From contig NC_068985.1 of assembly GCF_001194135.2 (NCBI RefSeq), positions 280,134 through 344,133 of the forward strand: a stretch of DNA of 64,000 nucleotides, written 5' to 3'. This stretch comes from Octopus bimaculoides (Eukaryota). Below, piece after piece: positions 13,143 through 26,143 of this stretch. A program made the position numbers and the translations under genes. A model generated the notes under the pieces. That model was given only the letters and a program-made list of their open reading frames with translations, searched no databases and was not told the DNA's origin. How positions within the stretch are numbered: position 1 is the stretch's first letter; each line of letters begins with the position of its first letter.

Positions 13143-13999
13143 GTTCGTTCATTCATTCAAGGAGACAACCATCTTATTCAGTTTCACTTCATTTAATTTT
13201 GGCAAATAAAAAAAAAAACAAGAAATGTTCAGCTATCATAGGTCAGCCAATACAAGGTATGTTAACTCATACACATCGACCTATGTGATTTCTGTAAATG
13301 TGAAATAAGAGTCAGTGATTTGTGTAAAAGATCTATTAATCTCCTTCCTCTATAGAAATTCCACCCTTAATTCAGTAAGTTTTAATTAATCCCTTTCAAG
13401 TACCATAGTAAATGTGAGAGAATTAAATGTATATAAAAACAAAATATTGCAAATATTTATTCATTCTTCTTTCGAAATCACTGTTTTTTTCAATAATTTC
13501 TCCTTAACTACCAACTAACAAAGCTGAAAACAAGTTATAACACAAGGAAATATGAATTTATTTAATTTTTTTTCCAAAGAAGTTGAAGTATTCTTGTTTT
13601 CTCTTCAAGCTATTTTCCCCTTGTATTGTCAGTCATTCAGGGAAGTTTAAGTGGTCGTATACTGACAAAATATAACAGCCTGCATACTCTTCTAAAATAA
13701 AACCATCTAACAAGCATCAGAGTTAGTCATATCATTGGATATTTCTTTTTATATAAGCATTTGAAATTTTATTTAAAACTTTCCTTCATTTTCCTTATCA
13801 GCAATGGCAGGCTTGCCTTCAATTCTTACATGCTACAATCGAGACTGGTTTTTGAAGAATCCTTTTCGAACTACTGACTGCTATTTCCTCACCTTACTTT
13901 TGCGTCATTTTCTCTTTTCAAGATAGAGAACAGGCTCAAAGTTTTTGTTTTGAGGTTTACATACTTAATGAAATGCAACTCAGATTACAGTCTTTAATT

Positions 14000-14172
14000 C
14001 ATCATCTTTTAATGTCCGCTTTCCATGTTAGCATGGGTTGGACGATTTGACTGAGGACTGGCAAGCCAGAAGGCTGCACCAGGCTCCAATTTGATTTGGC
14101 AGGATGCCCTTCCTAACGCCAACCACTCCAAGAGTGTAGTGGGTGCTTTTACGTGCCACCGGCACAAAGGCC
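14000..14172 (-). mobile_element. RTE 3'-end-derived short element
   Basis: catcatc...aatgtccgctttccatgttagcatgggttggacgatttgactgaggactgg..., same family as 670-859. Confidence 0.88.
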
Positions 14173-15889
14173 ATCCATTTCAATGAACTTCTCATTCCAA
14201 TTTCAAGGTAACGGCATCACTAGAACCATCTGTTCTTTTCTTCTCATAATCTTTAATCTGTTTTAAAACCTTATGTTTGCTTTGCTCAAGCCAAATGAGC
14301 AACCTAACTCTGACTTTCTACTATTATTTTCGTAACTTAATTATTTCAAGTTTCTTCCTAAAAGTGATTACAATATGCTTGTTTTTTAAATGTAGTCATC
14401 TTTGCTTTCATTTTTACCTCATCCCTGATCAATAAAGAAAAATATTTTAATTAAATAGAAACTAAATACCATGAGAAGAAAAAAAAAAGCTGAAACGAAG
14501 ATGATTTCTGCAGTCATCTGCCAGTCATTACTACAGTAACAAAACTCACTACCAGAGTGAAACTTTCTTACATAGGACCATGTATGAAATCTATCTCATG
14601 TGAAAGGAAAAGTCAGTTCAACTTGAAGACTTCTGGGAATTAAAATCATGTTAAACAATGGATTCCTGCATTTCTATATTTATCCATTGTATGGAATTTT
14701 ACTGAAATGCTTAATTATTTATTTAATTAATGCTGTACCTGAGCTGCAATATGAGTACATTACTAACGATACTCAAACCATGTTCATGAAAAGGATTTCC
14801 AATGTAAATCTGATTTTATTGAATTTTGAGAATTTTTGTATTTTTGAAAAAGTTTTATGCAATAATTGGATACTGCTCCTGTTAGAATGGAAGACAGATT
14901 TTAAAATATTGCGTGTGATAATGAACTAAAAGAATGTATTATATGCTTAGATATACATATGTGTGTGTGTGTGTGCGAGGAGAACTTTAATTAGGTCCAG
15001 GTTCTACAGATAAAAATTAAGGAGGAGTATTTTAGTCAGCAAAGAAGTTAGAAAGATTAAAGCTAGCATTGAAATATCATGGGTATATTGGATTTGGGGT
15101 GAAAATAGAATCAACTTTTGGTATCCAATTACAGATAATGGAGTGGATAATGATCAACATTGGGACATAGAAAGGCAATATGAGCTATAATCACTCTAAC
15201 CCCAGCAAACACATTGGAACATTTTTCAGTCAATCAAGTTGGTGTGAAAAGACAAATGATCAGTCTCCCTTCCACTGGAAGCTGTTAATGGAGTATTGAA
15301 CTAGTTGTATTGTAGCCATCACAATATATTCCCAATTAAAAGCGAAAGATTGTCTGAAAGACTATTCTTAAATTTTGGTTTCAATTGTCAAAGAAAAAAA
15401 AATTAATGCAAACTGAATTATTTAATTTAAACTTGAAAATTGTAAAAACAAAAGGAAAAATCCCCAAAAGAAAGAACAAAACAAAAAGATTAGTTTGGTA
15501 TTTGAAGCATGTGCAAAAAAGAAGTTGGTATTCTGTTTACAAAGGATTAAGGTCAACAGAAGGTTTTGAAAAGAAGGGTTTATGTAGAATATGGAAAGTA
15601 GTTGTATGGTTGTAAAAAAATAAGCATGAGCAACTTTCCTATCAAATAATAACATATTGAAAGTTATAGAGAGAACAAAGTAAGCATAGACATCATTGCA
15701 TATCAGCAGACTTCCTTTATATTTAAAAAAACGAAAAAATGGTTATTTGAAAATTAAATAACTAGCAAGTTCATGTCATTTAATCATCTAAAAAGTATTG
15801 ATTAATTTAATGGTATTAGTGAGTGTGATGGATATTGGTTATTGTTGTTATAGTTGTACAACTGAAAGTTTTCGGCTGAAAGATTCCGT

Positions 15890-16330
15890 TTCTGTTGTTG
15901 TTGTTTTTTAGCCTCAAGTTGAACAGACCTTTGATCAAAACCATTTAAACCACAATCATCTCAACTAATTTTCAGAAATAATCCATCTCAGATTACAATT
16001 TCTCATATCTTTTAAAAAGTGGTTATTTCTTGAAAAGTGGTTATTTCTTGAAAAGTGGCCATTTCTTTTAGCTTCACTGACCAAAATAAAGGTTTCCTCA
16101 TTGGTTTATTTCTATGTTTGTTATTGTTTATCTCCAAATCAGTTCTGATAAAAAAGAAATTCTATGATTAAAGACATTCCAGCCATGACCAGTCTATCTT
16201 TTCATATACTACAGACTACATTACCTAATGTGGCCTTATCTTTTTTTAAAATAGCATTGTGATTTGGAGGTAGTTTAGCTGCTATTTCTAACAGGTCAAA
16301 CAATTTACTTAGAGGTTCCATCTACCTATA
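15890..16330. repeat. Fragments of a further interspersed short-repeat family ending in ...tttgatcagagctgacctggggctaaacaacaac-like sequence
   Basis: Similar degenerate sequence near 11680-11860, 23850-24070 and 34660-34770. Confidence 0.4.
16016..16067. repeat. 18-bp minisatellite, about 3 copies
   Basis: aaaagtggttatttcttg twice plus aaaagtggccatttct. Confidence 0.85.
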
Positions 16331-16399
16331 TTAGTGGTGATTTTGATGAAGTCAGGCCATGCGAAAGTAATAGCTGTTGTTTCTCTGAATTTAGTGTTT

Positions 16400-18550
16400 A
16401 AGGTCAATGGTACAATTAAAATGCTTCCACATATTTATTTATGTCTGAACAAAATGGGAGAGACAAAGTTGTAGCAACCCAGAGAACTGGAAATGCTTTT
16501 GTTTAAGATTAGTTGTACATGTCATGAGACAAACTGTTAGCATTGGAGGTTGTTGTAGAAACAAACTTGTATGACCATCTTGCGTTTTTAGGATTTTGGT
16601 TTTGTTTTGTAAAAAGTCTCTGTGAAGTCTTTCGTGATGCAAACAACATTGTTTTGTGATCTTTGTAATTTGTTGAAATTCATTACACAGACAGTTTGGC
16701 AGAATCCATGATGAACATGTTGTTTATACACAGATCATTTGCTATTTTTTGTTGGTCAAATGTGTTTACCTGTCAGTTCTCTGGGTTTTTTTTTTGTTTC
16801 CTACAAGTTTAGTGCAGATTGCAAACAATTTCTAGCAGGTTTGTACAAAGCTTGTAATAAACCCAAGCTAGATGTGAAATGCAGACCCTATATTTCAAAT
16901 TGTTTAGTGAATATTCTAATGACTAGTACTGAATGCAGATGATTTACAAAATGTTTTACTGCACTATCCCCCTACTCAGAAAGTTTGTAATGTACTTATA
17001 AATAATAGAATAGATTTAAAGAACCAAATTGACTAATAAAAAAAAAAAAAGCCCCTCTCCACCTTCACCCCTGAGCAACTGTAAGCCTACATCAATTGTA
17101 AACTCACATTTGCCTCCTTTGTTTTGATCTGATTTCTAGTATTTTTGTCTGTTGTGTGTCAGGTGTGTTCATGTCATTTAATGTGTTGCTTTTAATTGAT
17201 GTTCTCTGGCATTTCTGGAAAGAAAAGAAATGTAACATATTTGGCAGGTGTGACTACTTTAGAATTCACGTTTCTAAATGGTTGATAAAAAGTTGAAGAA
17301 GGTATGAAGAAGGTATGGACCTGGGCAGCAGAGGGAAACTCAATGACTCAAATGACATCTGAATATGAGACTGTGTGTACATCTCGAGGAGTTATGGGAA
17401 GTTTGTGCAGTTTATAGGTAAACAAAAAAGTAAAGGGAGAATGAGGTACTTTATTATACTCTGCTTAGGAAACTGCAAATTCTTGGCTTTGGTGACTTAC
17501 GAGGTAGCTTACGAGGTAGCTTGCTAATCAGTGTTTTATGTTGTCTTTTAAGGAGGGTTAAAGTAGTTTGGAACTGAGTGAAAATTGTGGGAAGGAGCTG
17601 ATGTCAATGTCAGGTTGATGAAGGATGCTGTTATAAATTTTGTGTAAAGTAGTGAGTGGCATGGGTGGCTGAGTTTCTGGGTGTTAGTGGTTTGAATCCA
17701 TGTTGAGATTTGAAGTGAGGAAGGTATGGGTTAGTGGTCTCAACAATGAATGTTTCTAGAATTGTTTTGTAGAGGTGAAAGAGAGTGATAGATATGTAAT
17801 AAGTTACTTCACTCGAGCTTTTGAATTCTGAATATTTTTCCTAGTTTCCAGATTCTGAAAATGTCAGTAATAATTCAAGTAAGGATTATTTCAGGCCTTT
17901 GGTGTATGCTTGTGATCTTATCTGGCTCAGAGGTTTCTGAATATTGGAATTTCTCCATCTCAACACTAAATGGTATTGGCATCTAACAGAAGCAAGGTGT
18001 CCAAGTCAGATTAAGTGGAGGCTTCATGGTTTCCCTTTTTTTGTTCCAGTTTTCTTTGCGTGGGTTTTGAAGGTCAACTGTCAAAAAATATTTGATAAGT
18101 ACATTTGCTTGGTGTTAGAGCGTTGAGTATGTTACTTGAAACTGTAGTGTGACTAGGTTACTTGAAATTCTTATTGTGACACAAAGTGTCAGCACTGGAA
18201 TTGATACCAGTAATTATTTTGGAGAGTGTTACACTAAACTGTAGTTTATGTTGGCTACAAATGTTTGCTCATGTGTCTGTTTTTCACGATTTATTTCTTT
18301 GTTTTCTTCTTCTTTAGTTGCTGAGTTTATTTGTTGAGATAGTCACAAGAACTGCAGCAGCAGTTGTACTTTTATTGTCTCATGTGATATGCTTTTTGGA
18401 AATATCTATAACTGTTTTGTGCATACACACTGCAATATCTAGGTTGCTGACTGGAATGTTGTCGAATTTTGAGAAAATCCAGTTCCTTCATGTAAGTGGT
18501 TCACTGAGATTTTTCAAGTTGTGAAATGTTTTTATTTGATTGTTTTTTTT
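16400..18550 (-). mobile_element. Highly degenerate non-LTR retrotransposon RT region (Jockey/I/CR1-like)
   Basis: Minus-strand motifs in expected order: SEPDKITSIH (GPD.I motif), WKLGKIFRIQK (WK.AKII motif), YLPHFKSQHGFKP (QHGFR motif), DIDISSF; many stops and frameshifts; outer boundaries approximate. Confidence 0.6.
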
Positions 18551-18810
18551 ATTTATAAATGTATTGTGGTGTTTATAGGTGGGTGGCGAAAGGAGTGCTG
18601 GTGGTACTATTTGCCATGTGGTTGCAGTAACTAGATTTATGGATCAGAAGGTAATTGCTGGGGCTAGAATTGTTGTTGGTTTGATGACGTTCATGGATCT
18701 GTTGTTTAGAATATAAAATCTGGGTTAGTTGGAATATAGTTGTGTCACCTCCTGTGTTATATAATAATAATAAAAATGATAACAATAATAATAATAATAA
18801 TGAGATATAG

Positions 18811-19210
18811 ACTAGGAAGCCAGACATAGTCTTAATTGAGAAAGAAAGCAAACTATGCTGGATCATAGATATAGCATGCCCAGCTGACAACCAGGTATAC
18901 GATAAGGAAGAAAGAAAAGTCGATAGATATGACAGGTTAGCTTGGGAAGTTAAGCAGTTGTGGTCGATGAAAAAGGTAGCAGTAGTACCAATAATTGTCG
19001 GAGCCCTAGAAACAGTGAGCAAAAATCTCAAGAAGTACGTGGAACAAATAGGGGCTGCAATAAGGGTGGAGCACTTGCAGAAAACAGCACTGCTTGGAAC
19101 CGCTCGAATACTTTGGAAGGTGCTCGAAAAATAAGAGGTGTTACCTTAGTTCACTGGTAGGGAACAGCTGACACTGTAGTACATCTCCAGCATTAGAAGC
19201 TGTGCAAAGG
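18811..19210 (+). mobile_element. R4/Dong-clade non-LTR retrotransposon, 5'-truncated: restriction-like endonuclease domain plus 3' UTR
   Basis: Stop-free 107 aa at 18811-19134: TRKPDIVLIEKESKLCWIIDIACPADNQVYDKEERKVDRYDRLAWEVKQLWSMKKVAVVPIIVGALETV...LQKTALLGTARILWKVLEK* (PD-(D/E)xK-type RLE); flanked by (TAA)n. Confidence 0.9.
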
Positions 19211-19214
19211 CAAT

Positions 19215-19380
19215 ACTAATAATGAAATTATTGTGTATAGTGCTCAGGTGCCCTGCAACTCATCAAAGGTGCATGTACAGTACATAGAATTATGTACAAA
19301 AGTCAGGAAAGTGAATAGTGTAAGAGTCATGATATACTGGTGGAGGCGGTGATATCAAGTGTATATACTAATTTTGTACC
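19215..19380 (-). mobile_element. CR1-type LINE 3' tail, inverted copy of 7100-7270
   Basis: aatgaaattattgtgtatagtgctcaggtgccctgcaactcatcaaaggtgcatgtacag... is the reverse complement of 7150-7260. Confidence 0.85.
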
Positions 19381-20163
19381 TGTAGATTTTATTGAGTACA
19401 TTTTAGTCTGTCCACAATGATGGTGTTTAGGAGTGTGTTAAGCTATTGTATTGTGTAATGTAGCAGGAGAGTTGGTGAGACTGGAGTTTGCACTGTTTAT
19501 TTGCTTATTTGTTTTGTGTTGGTTTTGTTTTGAATGCTGTCATTTCTAGACTTTTGTTAGATGTTGTTTGTGATTAGATATCATTTGGTTATGTAGTGGG
19601 GATATGATTTTTATGTATGTCATTAGGCATCCACCATATTTTTGTCATTTCTTCCTATCAAGTCGTTTAACATTTAGGCCTTAAATTTTGTTTCTTGTCT
19701 AATATGTGATTGTATATGTTTATAGTTTCAGAAAGAAGTGTATTGGCTTATGTTTATAACTATTGTTTGAATTCAATGCAGGACAAAGAAATAAAGGCTG
19801 TATCTTTTGTTTTCCTTCTTAGGTTTTGTTGTCAAAGACTTTTAATGTGAGGTTTTCACATTTTTAAGACTCTGCTTACATATACATGTAAATGATGGTG
19901 ATGCTCACTCCTGTTGGTTGCAACATATGAGTGTTTGAAGGAGAAGTCTTAAAGTTGAAAAAACAAAAAAAGAAAACAACACTAAGAAGCTGCATCTATT
20001 TGCAATGGATGCATGAATGTAATTTCAGTCCAGGAATGGATTTTGCTTTACTATGAAGTCAGAATGGGGACACTGATGATTTTCATTTTGCCTGGGATTG
20101 GGCAAGTGTGTCAGCGATATTCCACAGCCAACATATGTGAATATAGCATTGCAATATACTTAC

Positions 20164-20238
20164 AAAGGTAGAGAGAAACAAACTGTCTGTTTTTTCTTTT
20201 CAGGTAGAACAACCATTTTTAGATTTTTATACTTGATG
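20164..20238 (-). CDS. Candidate coding exon (IKYKNLKMVVLPEKKKQTVCFSLP)
   Basis: Acceptor atcacttttag, consensus donor TT|GTAAGT, open frame, phase 2-2. Confidence 0.4.
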
Positions 20239-20740
20239 CTAAAAGTGATATTAGGCAACAGGCTTCCTTAGAATAACTAAATTTTTCTGCAAGAAAACTT
20301 TATTATCCAATCAGCAATCTCACCAAAACCAAAAAATATTTAGAGATATAACACAATCCTCTGTTTAATGTAAAAGATTTTCTAATATTGTTAGCCAGCA
20401 ACATCCTGTCAAATTTCTTTTAAAAAATTTAAAACTAAAAACAAAAAATAAATAACCCAAACAATGAATTACAGACTCTATTGTATAAGTGATGCTGTGT
20501 ATTGTAATGTTTGTTTTTGCTGTGTGTGTGTGTGTTTAGGCTGAACGATTCTATCACAGGACAAGCATTTTAATTCTTCTTGGATAAGGGTTTTACACTA
20601 ATTCTCATGACCTTTACCACAAAAGTTTCAAATTAGATCTAATGGGCTTGTGATTAAGTGATTATACATCTATGGCATGTTTACAGACACTGTTCCTAGA
20701 CCCATATGTTTAAAGTTTTTAATACTTCTTTATATTTTTG

Positions 20741-20741
20741 A

Positions 20742-20813
<72 letters not shown>
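20741..20813. repeat. (GA)n microsatellite
   Basis: GA run with a few AA interruptions. Confidence 0.95.
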
Positions 20814-20814
<1 letters not shown>

Positions 20815-21461
20815 TGTATTGCTCCACTATGCATATAATTGTTTGTCAAAGAAAGCTAAGGGAAAGCTGTCTGAAAACATAGGCGTGAACTAGAAACAAT
20901 TATCCATGTTTGTCTGTTTGTTTTGTCTACATTTATCTATTATTATAAAGAGAAGCAAATTGTATTGATAAATTTATCTCTATCTGATATGTATAGGTAA
21001 TATAGAGATGGATCTCTCCAGAGAGATGATGGATAAATAGATAGACAGATCAATAGACATACATTCCTACCTACCTAAACTCACCTGCTCACCTACCTAC
21101 ATGTGTGGGTAAGTATATCTTTCACTATATCCTTCTATAGTTCCTCTTTCTGTCTCCCATTCTATTGATCTGCTCATCAATCAAACATTGAGATCCAAGC
21201 AACTACTGACAAATTGCTTAAGGTAGAAGTATATGATAAGTAAATATTTTCAATATCCTCTAATTGTGTCTCAAATCTAGCAATCATTGTAGTTCTTGAA
21301 GAATGGCGAATAACATTTTTCATTTTTAATAATCAAGTCATTTGAAAGGAATAGTTCATATGAAAAGAATCACTCTTTACAGCATAAAAGTCTTAAGTTT
21401 GTGTTGTTGACATGGCCAGGTTAAATCATTACAGACTTCACAATTAACAAACCCTATACTT

Positions 21462-22865
21462 CATCATTATCATCATCACTTAACGTCTGTTTTCCGTGTA
21501 AGCATGGGTTGGATGGTTTGACAGGGGATGGCAGTCCAAAGGACCATGTCAAGCTCTATTGTCTGTTCAGGAATGGCTTCTACAGCTGGATGCCCTTCCA
21601 AAAGTCAATCACTTTACAGAAAGTACTGGGTGCATTTTTCATGGTACCTGCATTGATGGGGTCACCAAGTACCTTGTCAGTCAAGACAAAGTCCCCATGA
21701 TTGGAGGGAGTAATTGAGGTAGATGGCTTTGTGCCTATTGATGAGAGATTTAAAGAATAGAGGGATAGAGAGAGGTGTCTCTTTAGGTGTAAAAGGGATA
21801 CAGAGATACCCTAGTTGGAGAAGGGAGTGAGAGACTTCGAGAAAAAGATAGAGATAGAAAGAATGAGAGAGATGGTGGTGGATATATGTTAGGACATATC
21901 TTCAAGGTATAGTGGTGGTGGTGGTGGGGGGGTGAACAGAGGTGAAGTGGTACAGAGGGGCGAGTTTCATAGGGATGTGAGAAGAGATGGTTAGATGGGA
22001 TAAAGGTGACTGTAGTGGTTGATGGTAAGAGATATAAAAGTGGCCCAAGGGGAAGATAATGGGGAATAAAAGAGTGGAAAGAAAGAGGAAGGCAGGAAAA
22101 GGAGAGAATGTACTATGTGCTGATTCTGCTCTCAGAGGATTATGGTAGCCGAAGAAGTGATGAGTGTTAAGGAATAAGATGTGTGTGTGTGTGTGGGTGG
22201 GAAGCTTGATGGGTCAGTGAGAATAGAGGTGGGGCAGAGCTCTACATATATTTACCAAGGTGGTTTTGGATATTAATTCTGTTGTGGTGGACAGGTTTTC
22301 TAAAGCACAACAATGTGCCAGGTATCTTGGTCCTTTGTCATGTCCTCCATGAGACTCAGCATCTTGAGATCAGCTTTCAATATTTGTCCTCTGTTTTCCT
22401 GGTTCTTCTTCTGTCACAATTTCCATCCACTTCAAACGATTAGCACTTCTTTATGCAACAGTCCTCATCCAAATGCATCACACGATTGAACCAGTGCAAT
22501 CTTCTCTCTTGTATAATACATCTAATTCTTCTTATGCCGAACTTCTCTCTACTCTCATATATGTACACTGACACTGCACATCCAATGGAGCGTACTACCT
22601 TCGTTCCTCTCTAGTCTTCACTTATCTTCTGCATTTGGGACCCATGTCTCACTACCATGTAGCATTGCTTTTTGTACTTAAGCATCATACAATCTGCCTT
22701 TCAGTCAGAGAGAGAGAGAGAGAGAGAAAGACTTTTGGTTGCCAACAGGGGTAAGTGGTCTCTGAATTTTTTCCATCCTATTCTTATTCTAGCAATTTCC
22801 CTTTTGCAACACCCTCCTCCACTACTTATTAGGTCATCTGAGTAGCAGAAGATATCTACAGCCTC
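21462..22865 (-). mobile_element. RTE LINE degenerate copy (ORF2 C-terminus plus long 3' UTR)
   Basis: Terminal catcatc...cgtctgttttcc motif; 22330-22860 matches the RTE RT C-terminus on the minus strand, with an inserted (GA)n. Confidence 0.75.
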
Positions 22866-23487
22866 TAACCTATATACTACTCAAATCTTGATAGACTTAT
22901 CCCTTCTAATAATATATGACAATAGAACCTTTAAAAACTTAAAATATTATTTCAGTATCAGCTTGACATATTTTAATCACTGGACTAAGGCCATTCTTAT
23001 TCATATCAATCTCTTCAGTACCTGACTGATTTCATTGCCCCCAGAAAAATGGAAAGCAAAGACGATCAGGGCAAAATTTGAACCTGGAATATAAAGAGTG
23101 AGTTACCCGACACCAAAAAACATTTTGTTTGATACTTTGCCATCTTCAGTCACATCTGTACATATTCTCATCTCAAATTTTGATAGTAAAGTTGCAATTA
23201 TCTTAATTACTCATTATACAACTTCTTAAGGATTTATCAGCCAGAGAAATGGTGTAATATATATTGTATGCTAAACTAACTTCATCAAATGTACCTAATA
23301 AATTAGAAGATGTAACCTACAGCTCATGAGCAATTAGTGAAGCTTAGGTATTCAAAAGAAATAAAAATGTTTTTATTTTGCTACTCAGAAATTTAAATGT
23401 TCTGGGTCAGTTTCCTTAAGTTTGGGCTAATAGTTTCATGAGGTTTTCTATATTTTGAGAAAGCTTTTTCTGCAATGGTAGGTTTAC

Positions 23488-23522
23488 CAGTTATTAGCTG
23501 CCGGATATAAAACAGGAATGTG
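23488..23522 (-). CDS. Candidate short coding exon (HIPVLYPAANN, phase 0-2; an alternative frame is also open)
   Basis: Very strong acceptor atttcttctcttctttcattttatag; donor TG|GTAAAC. Confidence 0.35.
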
Positions 23523-25400
23523 CTATAAAATGAAAGAAGAGAAGAAATATAGAAAATAAAGGGACACCAGTTTGTTTAGTGTGTAAATTAACCCAATGAA
23601 TTTATTTAGGTTTCAATTAATTCTTAATATAATTAGATCTGGATGAGTATGATAAAATGTCAGTAATTTTGAATATTGAAGCTTACTGAATTGGTGTTGT
23701 CTGACAGAAATTTTATAACATATTTTAATGAGATTTTGATGGAGATGTTCATAACTTAAATATAAAATATAAAAAATTGGGGTCAGGTGTGTTAGGTTAA
23801 GAGATGGAATGCTGATGGTGCATAAAGTAAGACAGTAATGTTTTTTTTTATGTGATTGCTTGATATGCTAAAAATAGTAACTAAATCTCCCTTTCATGTG
23901 TTTTGTTTTTAAAAAAAAACTGAAGTGACAGTTAAATGTATAAAAAAGTCAAGCTATTCATGTTAAATATGAAATGTTCAACCAAGATATTCATGATCTG
24001 AAAACCTTTGACCATAGGCCTGTTTGATCAGGGCTGATGTGTAGTTAAACAATAAAACAACTACAACAGTGTATTGGTCTCAATTACAAAGTTGAGTGAA
24101 TCACCATTTTCATCTTGATAATGAAGGTGCAAGCAGAGGAATATACAACCAAACACCGGTTTGTGTTGTACAAAACTAAATATATATGTTGCAATGGACT
24201 CACTAGATCCTTGTTGATATGTTAGCTTTTTGGCAAGGAATTACATCTTTACTTGTCCTGAAGTTTAAGACTTAGCAGTCCCAGCACTCAAAAATTGTAA
24301 AAATGTAATATATAAAATATTTTTTAGTAAGCCAATATTTTAAAGATTAAAAGCAGATTCAAAACATCTATACTATATGCCATGAATAAAGCCTGAAAAA
24401 ATTTTTTATTCAAAAAAAAAAAAAAATTCATATTTTGTAAAGAATATTTTATACAAGTTTTCAGTATTTGAAAAAACTACTGAATTTAACTTTGTAGTGT
24501 TTCATATTTAGTTAATTTTCGAATTCCCTGACAAGAATATAGTTTATTCTGTAAAACAACCTATTCTAGTTTTTATTTCCTTAATGGCTGTATTTGTCAA
24601 ACTTTCCAGTAATTTCTGATTTTCCCAGTTTGGTACTGTAAATTTAATTAACTTCGCTAAAAAGCAACACTTTATCAAAAAGAGTTTATAAAAAATAATT
24701 ATGAAAATTCACTTGATTCTTTAAATCTAGCTTCATAGTATGATGTCAAAGTGATAACTACTCTCTTAGAGAAACTATTATTAAATTACTGCAGCATGGA
24801 AATAAGAAAATTATTTGAAAATATCAATTTGATTCTTTAACTAATTGGTACAGTTGAAATATTAATAACAATGTTGGCAATAAATAAAATACTGGAATAA
24901 GAGATGAACACTAGAAATAAAGTACACTCAATAATTTACATTATTTGTGTCAGTAAACAATGAAGGACATGATTTCTTTGGATAATTGAAGAAAGCCAAC
25001 TGCTAGAGATAAAAATAAAACATTAATATGCTTTCTTTTTAGTTTTATAACTGTTATTTCCTTTCTTTCTTTCAAACACCATATAAGGGAAATTTAGTTC
25101 CTATTTCTAACAAGTCAACCAATCATGCCAGAAACCTTAGTGTCATACTTTATATAAGAAACTTGTTTAGATTCACTAAACTCCATTTCAACAAAGATGT
25201 TTAAGATCAATTAATAGAAACTAACTAATAAATCACTTATAGTAATTCTCATCAATCTTAATATGAGTAACATGGAGTAATTTGAGGTAATTTGGTTTTA
25301 GTTAATGAGTTGGAAGAATAATTTAATTGAGATGATATTATTACAAGTTAATTTTAAATGAATTATAAAATAATAGTATTTTCATTAAGGTATGTCACAC

Positions 25401-25517
25401 AAAGTCAATTTCAGATTTATGTTTCTCTTCTTTCACATCAGGTTTTTGTGAAAAAGCTAACAAAGATTTTAATAGAAGCCAATCATTCACAAAACAGATC
25501 TTTAATGGTCCATCTCC
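25401..25517 (-). CDS. Candidate coding exon (GDGPLKICFVNDWLLLKSLLAFSQKPDVKEEKHKSEIDF)
   Basis: Acceptor atatgtttag, 39 open codons, weak donor TTT|GTGTGA, phase 0-0. Confidence 0.3.
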
Positions 25518-26143
25518 CTAAACATATATTATTTACAGCATTCATTTCCTTTCCTTCTTCTCCAAAGCATCCTTATTCCACCCTGTTGTGTTCAATAAAT
25601 CAAGTAAATGAAATAGATGCAAATTGAAAATTGCTTATTATAGCTGGAAAATATAAAGGCAAATTTTTTAAATAATGTAAAATAAATGCAAGTGCCCACA
25701 CGAGTCCTAATTGCCAGCCATATTTTTTGACTGAGAGGAAATGATATTTTCATTTATACTCCCCATCCAGTCTCTTTTATTTTGCTTTTCAGGTTACATA
25801 CGAAAAAGTCAATCGTTATTTAATTGTATTTAGCTTTATCAAGATGATTATGTTACATTAAAATTTTCTCACATTGTTCACTGTAAGAGTTTTATATACA
25901 AATAAGTCACTCATTTTGAACAAAAGAAGATATCTAAATCATTGTTATCTAAATTAGAAAAGGAATATAGAGGCTGTATTGTATACACAGGTGTTTGTCA
26001 ACGTAATAAAAGCCTAAATATTTACTATGTGCATATTCAATATATCACAGCAATTTTTAAATAGTGTTTTAGGCACTCCTGCTTCGTTACTGCCAAAATA
26101 GTGGTTGAGACGGTTTGTTAAATTCTGTATATGACACTCAAAC

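Noticed and set aside
14739-14809. Minus exon candidate IYIGNPFHEHGLSIVSNVLILQL
   Set aside because: Acceptor lacks a pyrimidine tract, and the phase does not fit after the 20.2-kb candidate; left unassigned
18573-19031. 152-aa minus ORF
   Set aside because: Antisense shadow of the Dong RLE frame plus the TAA repeat
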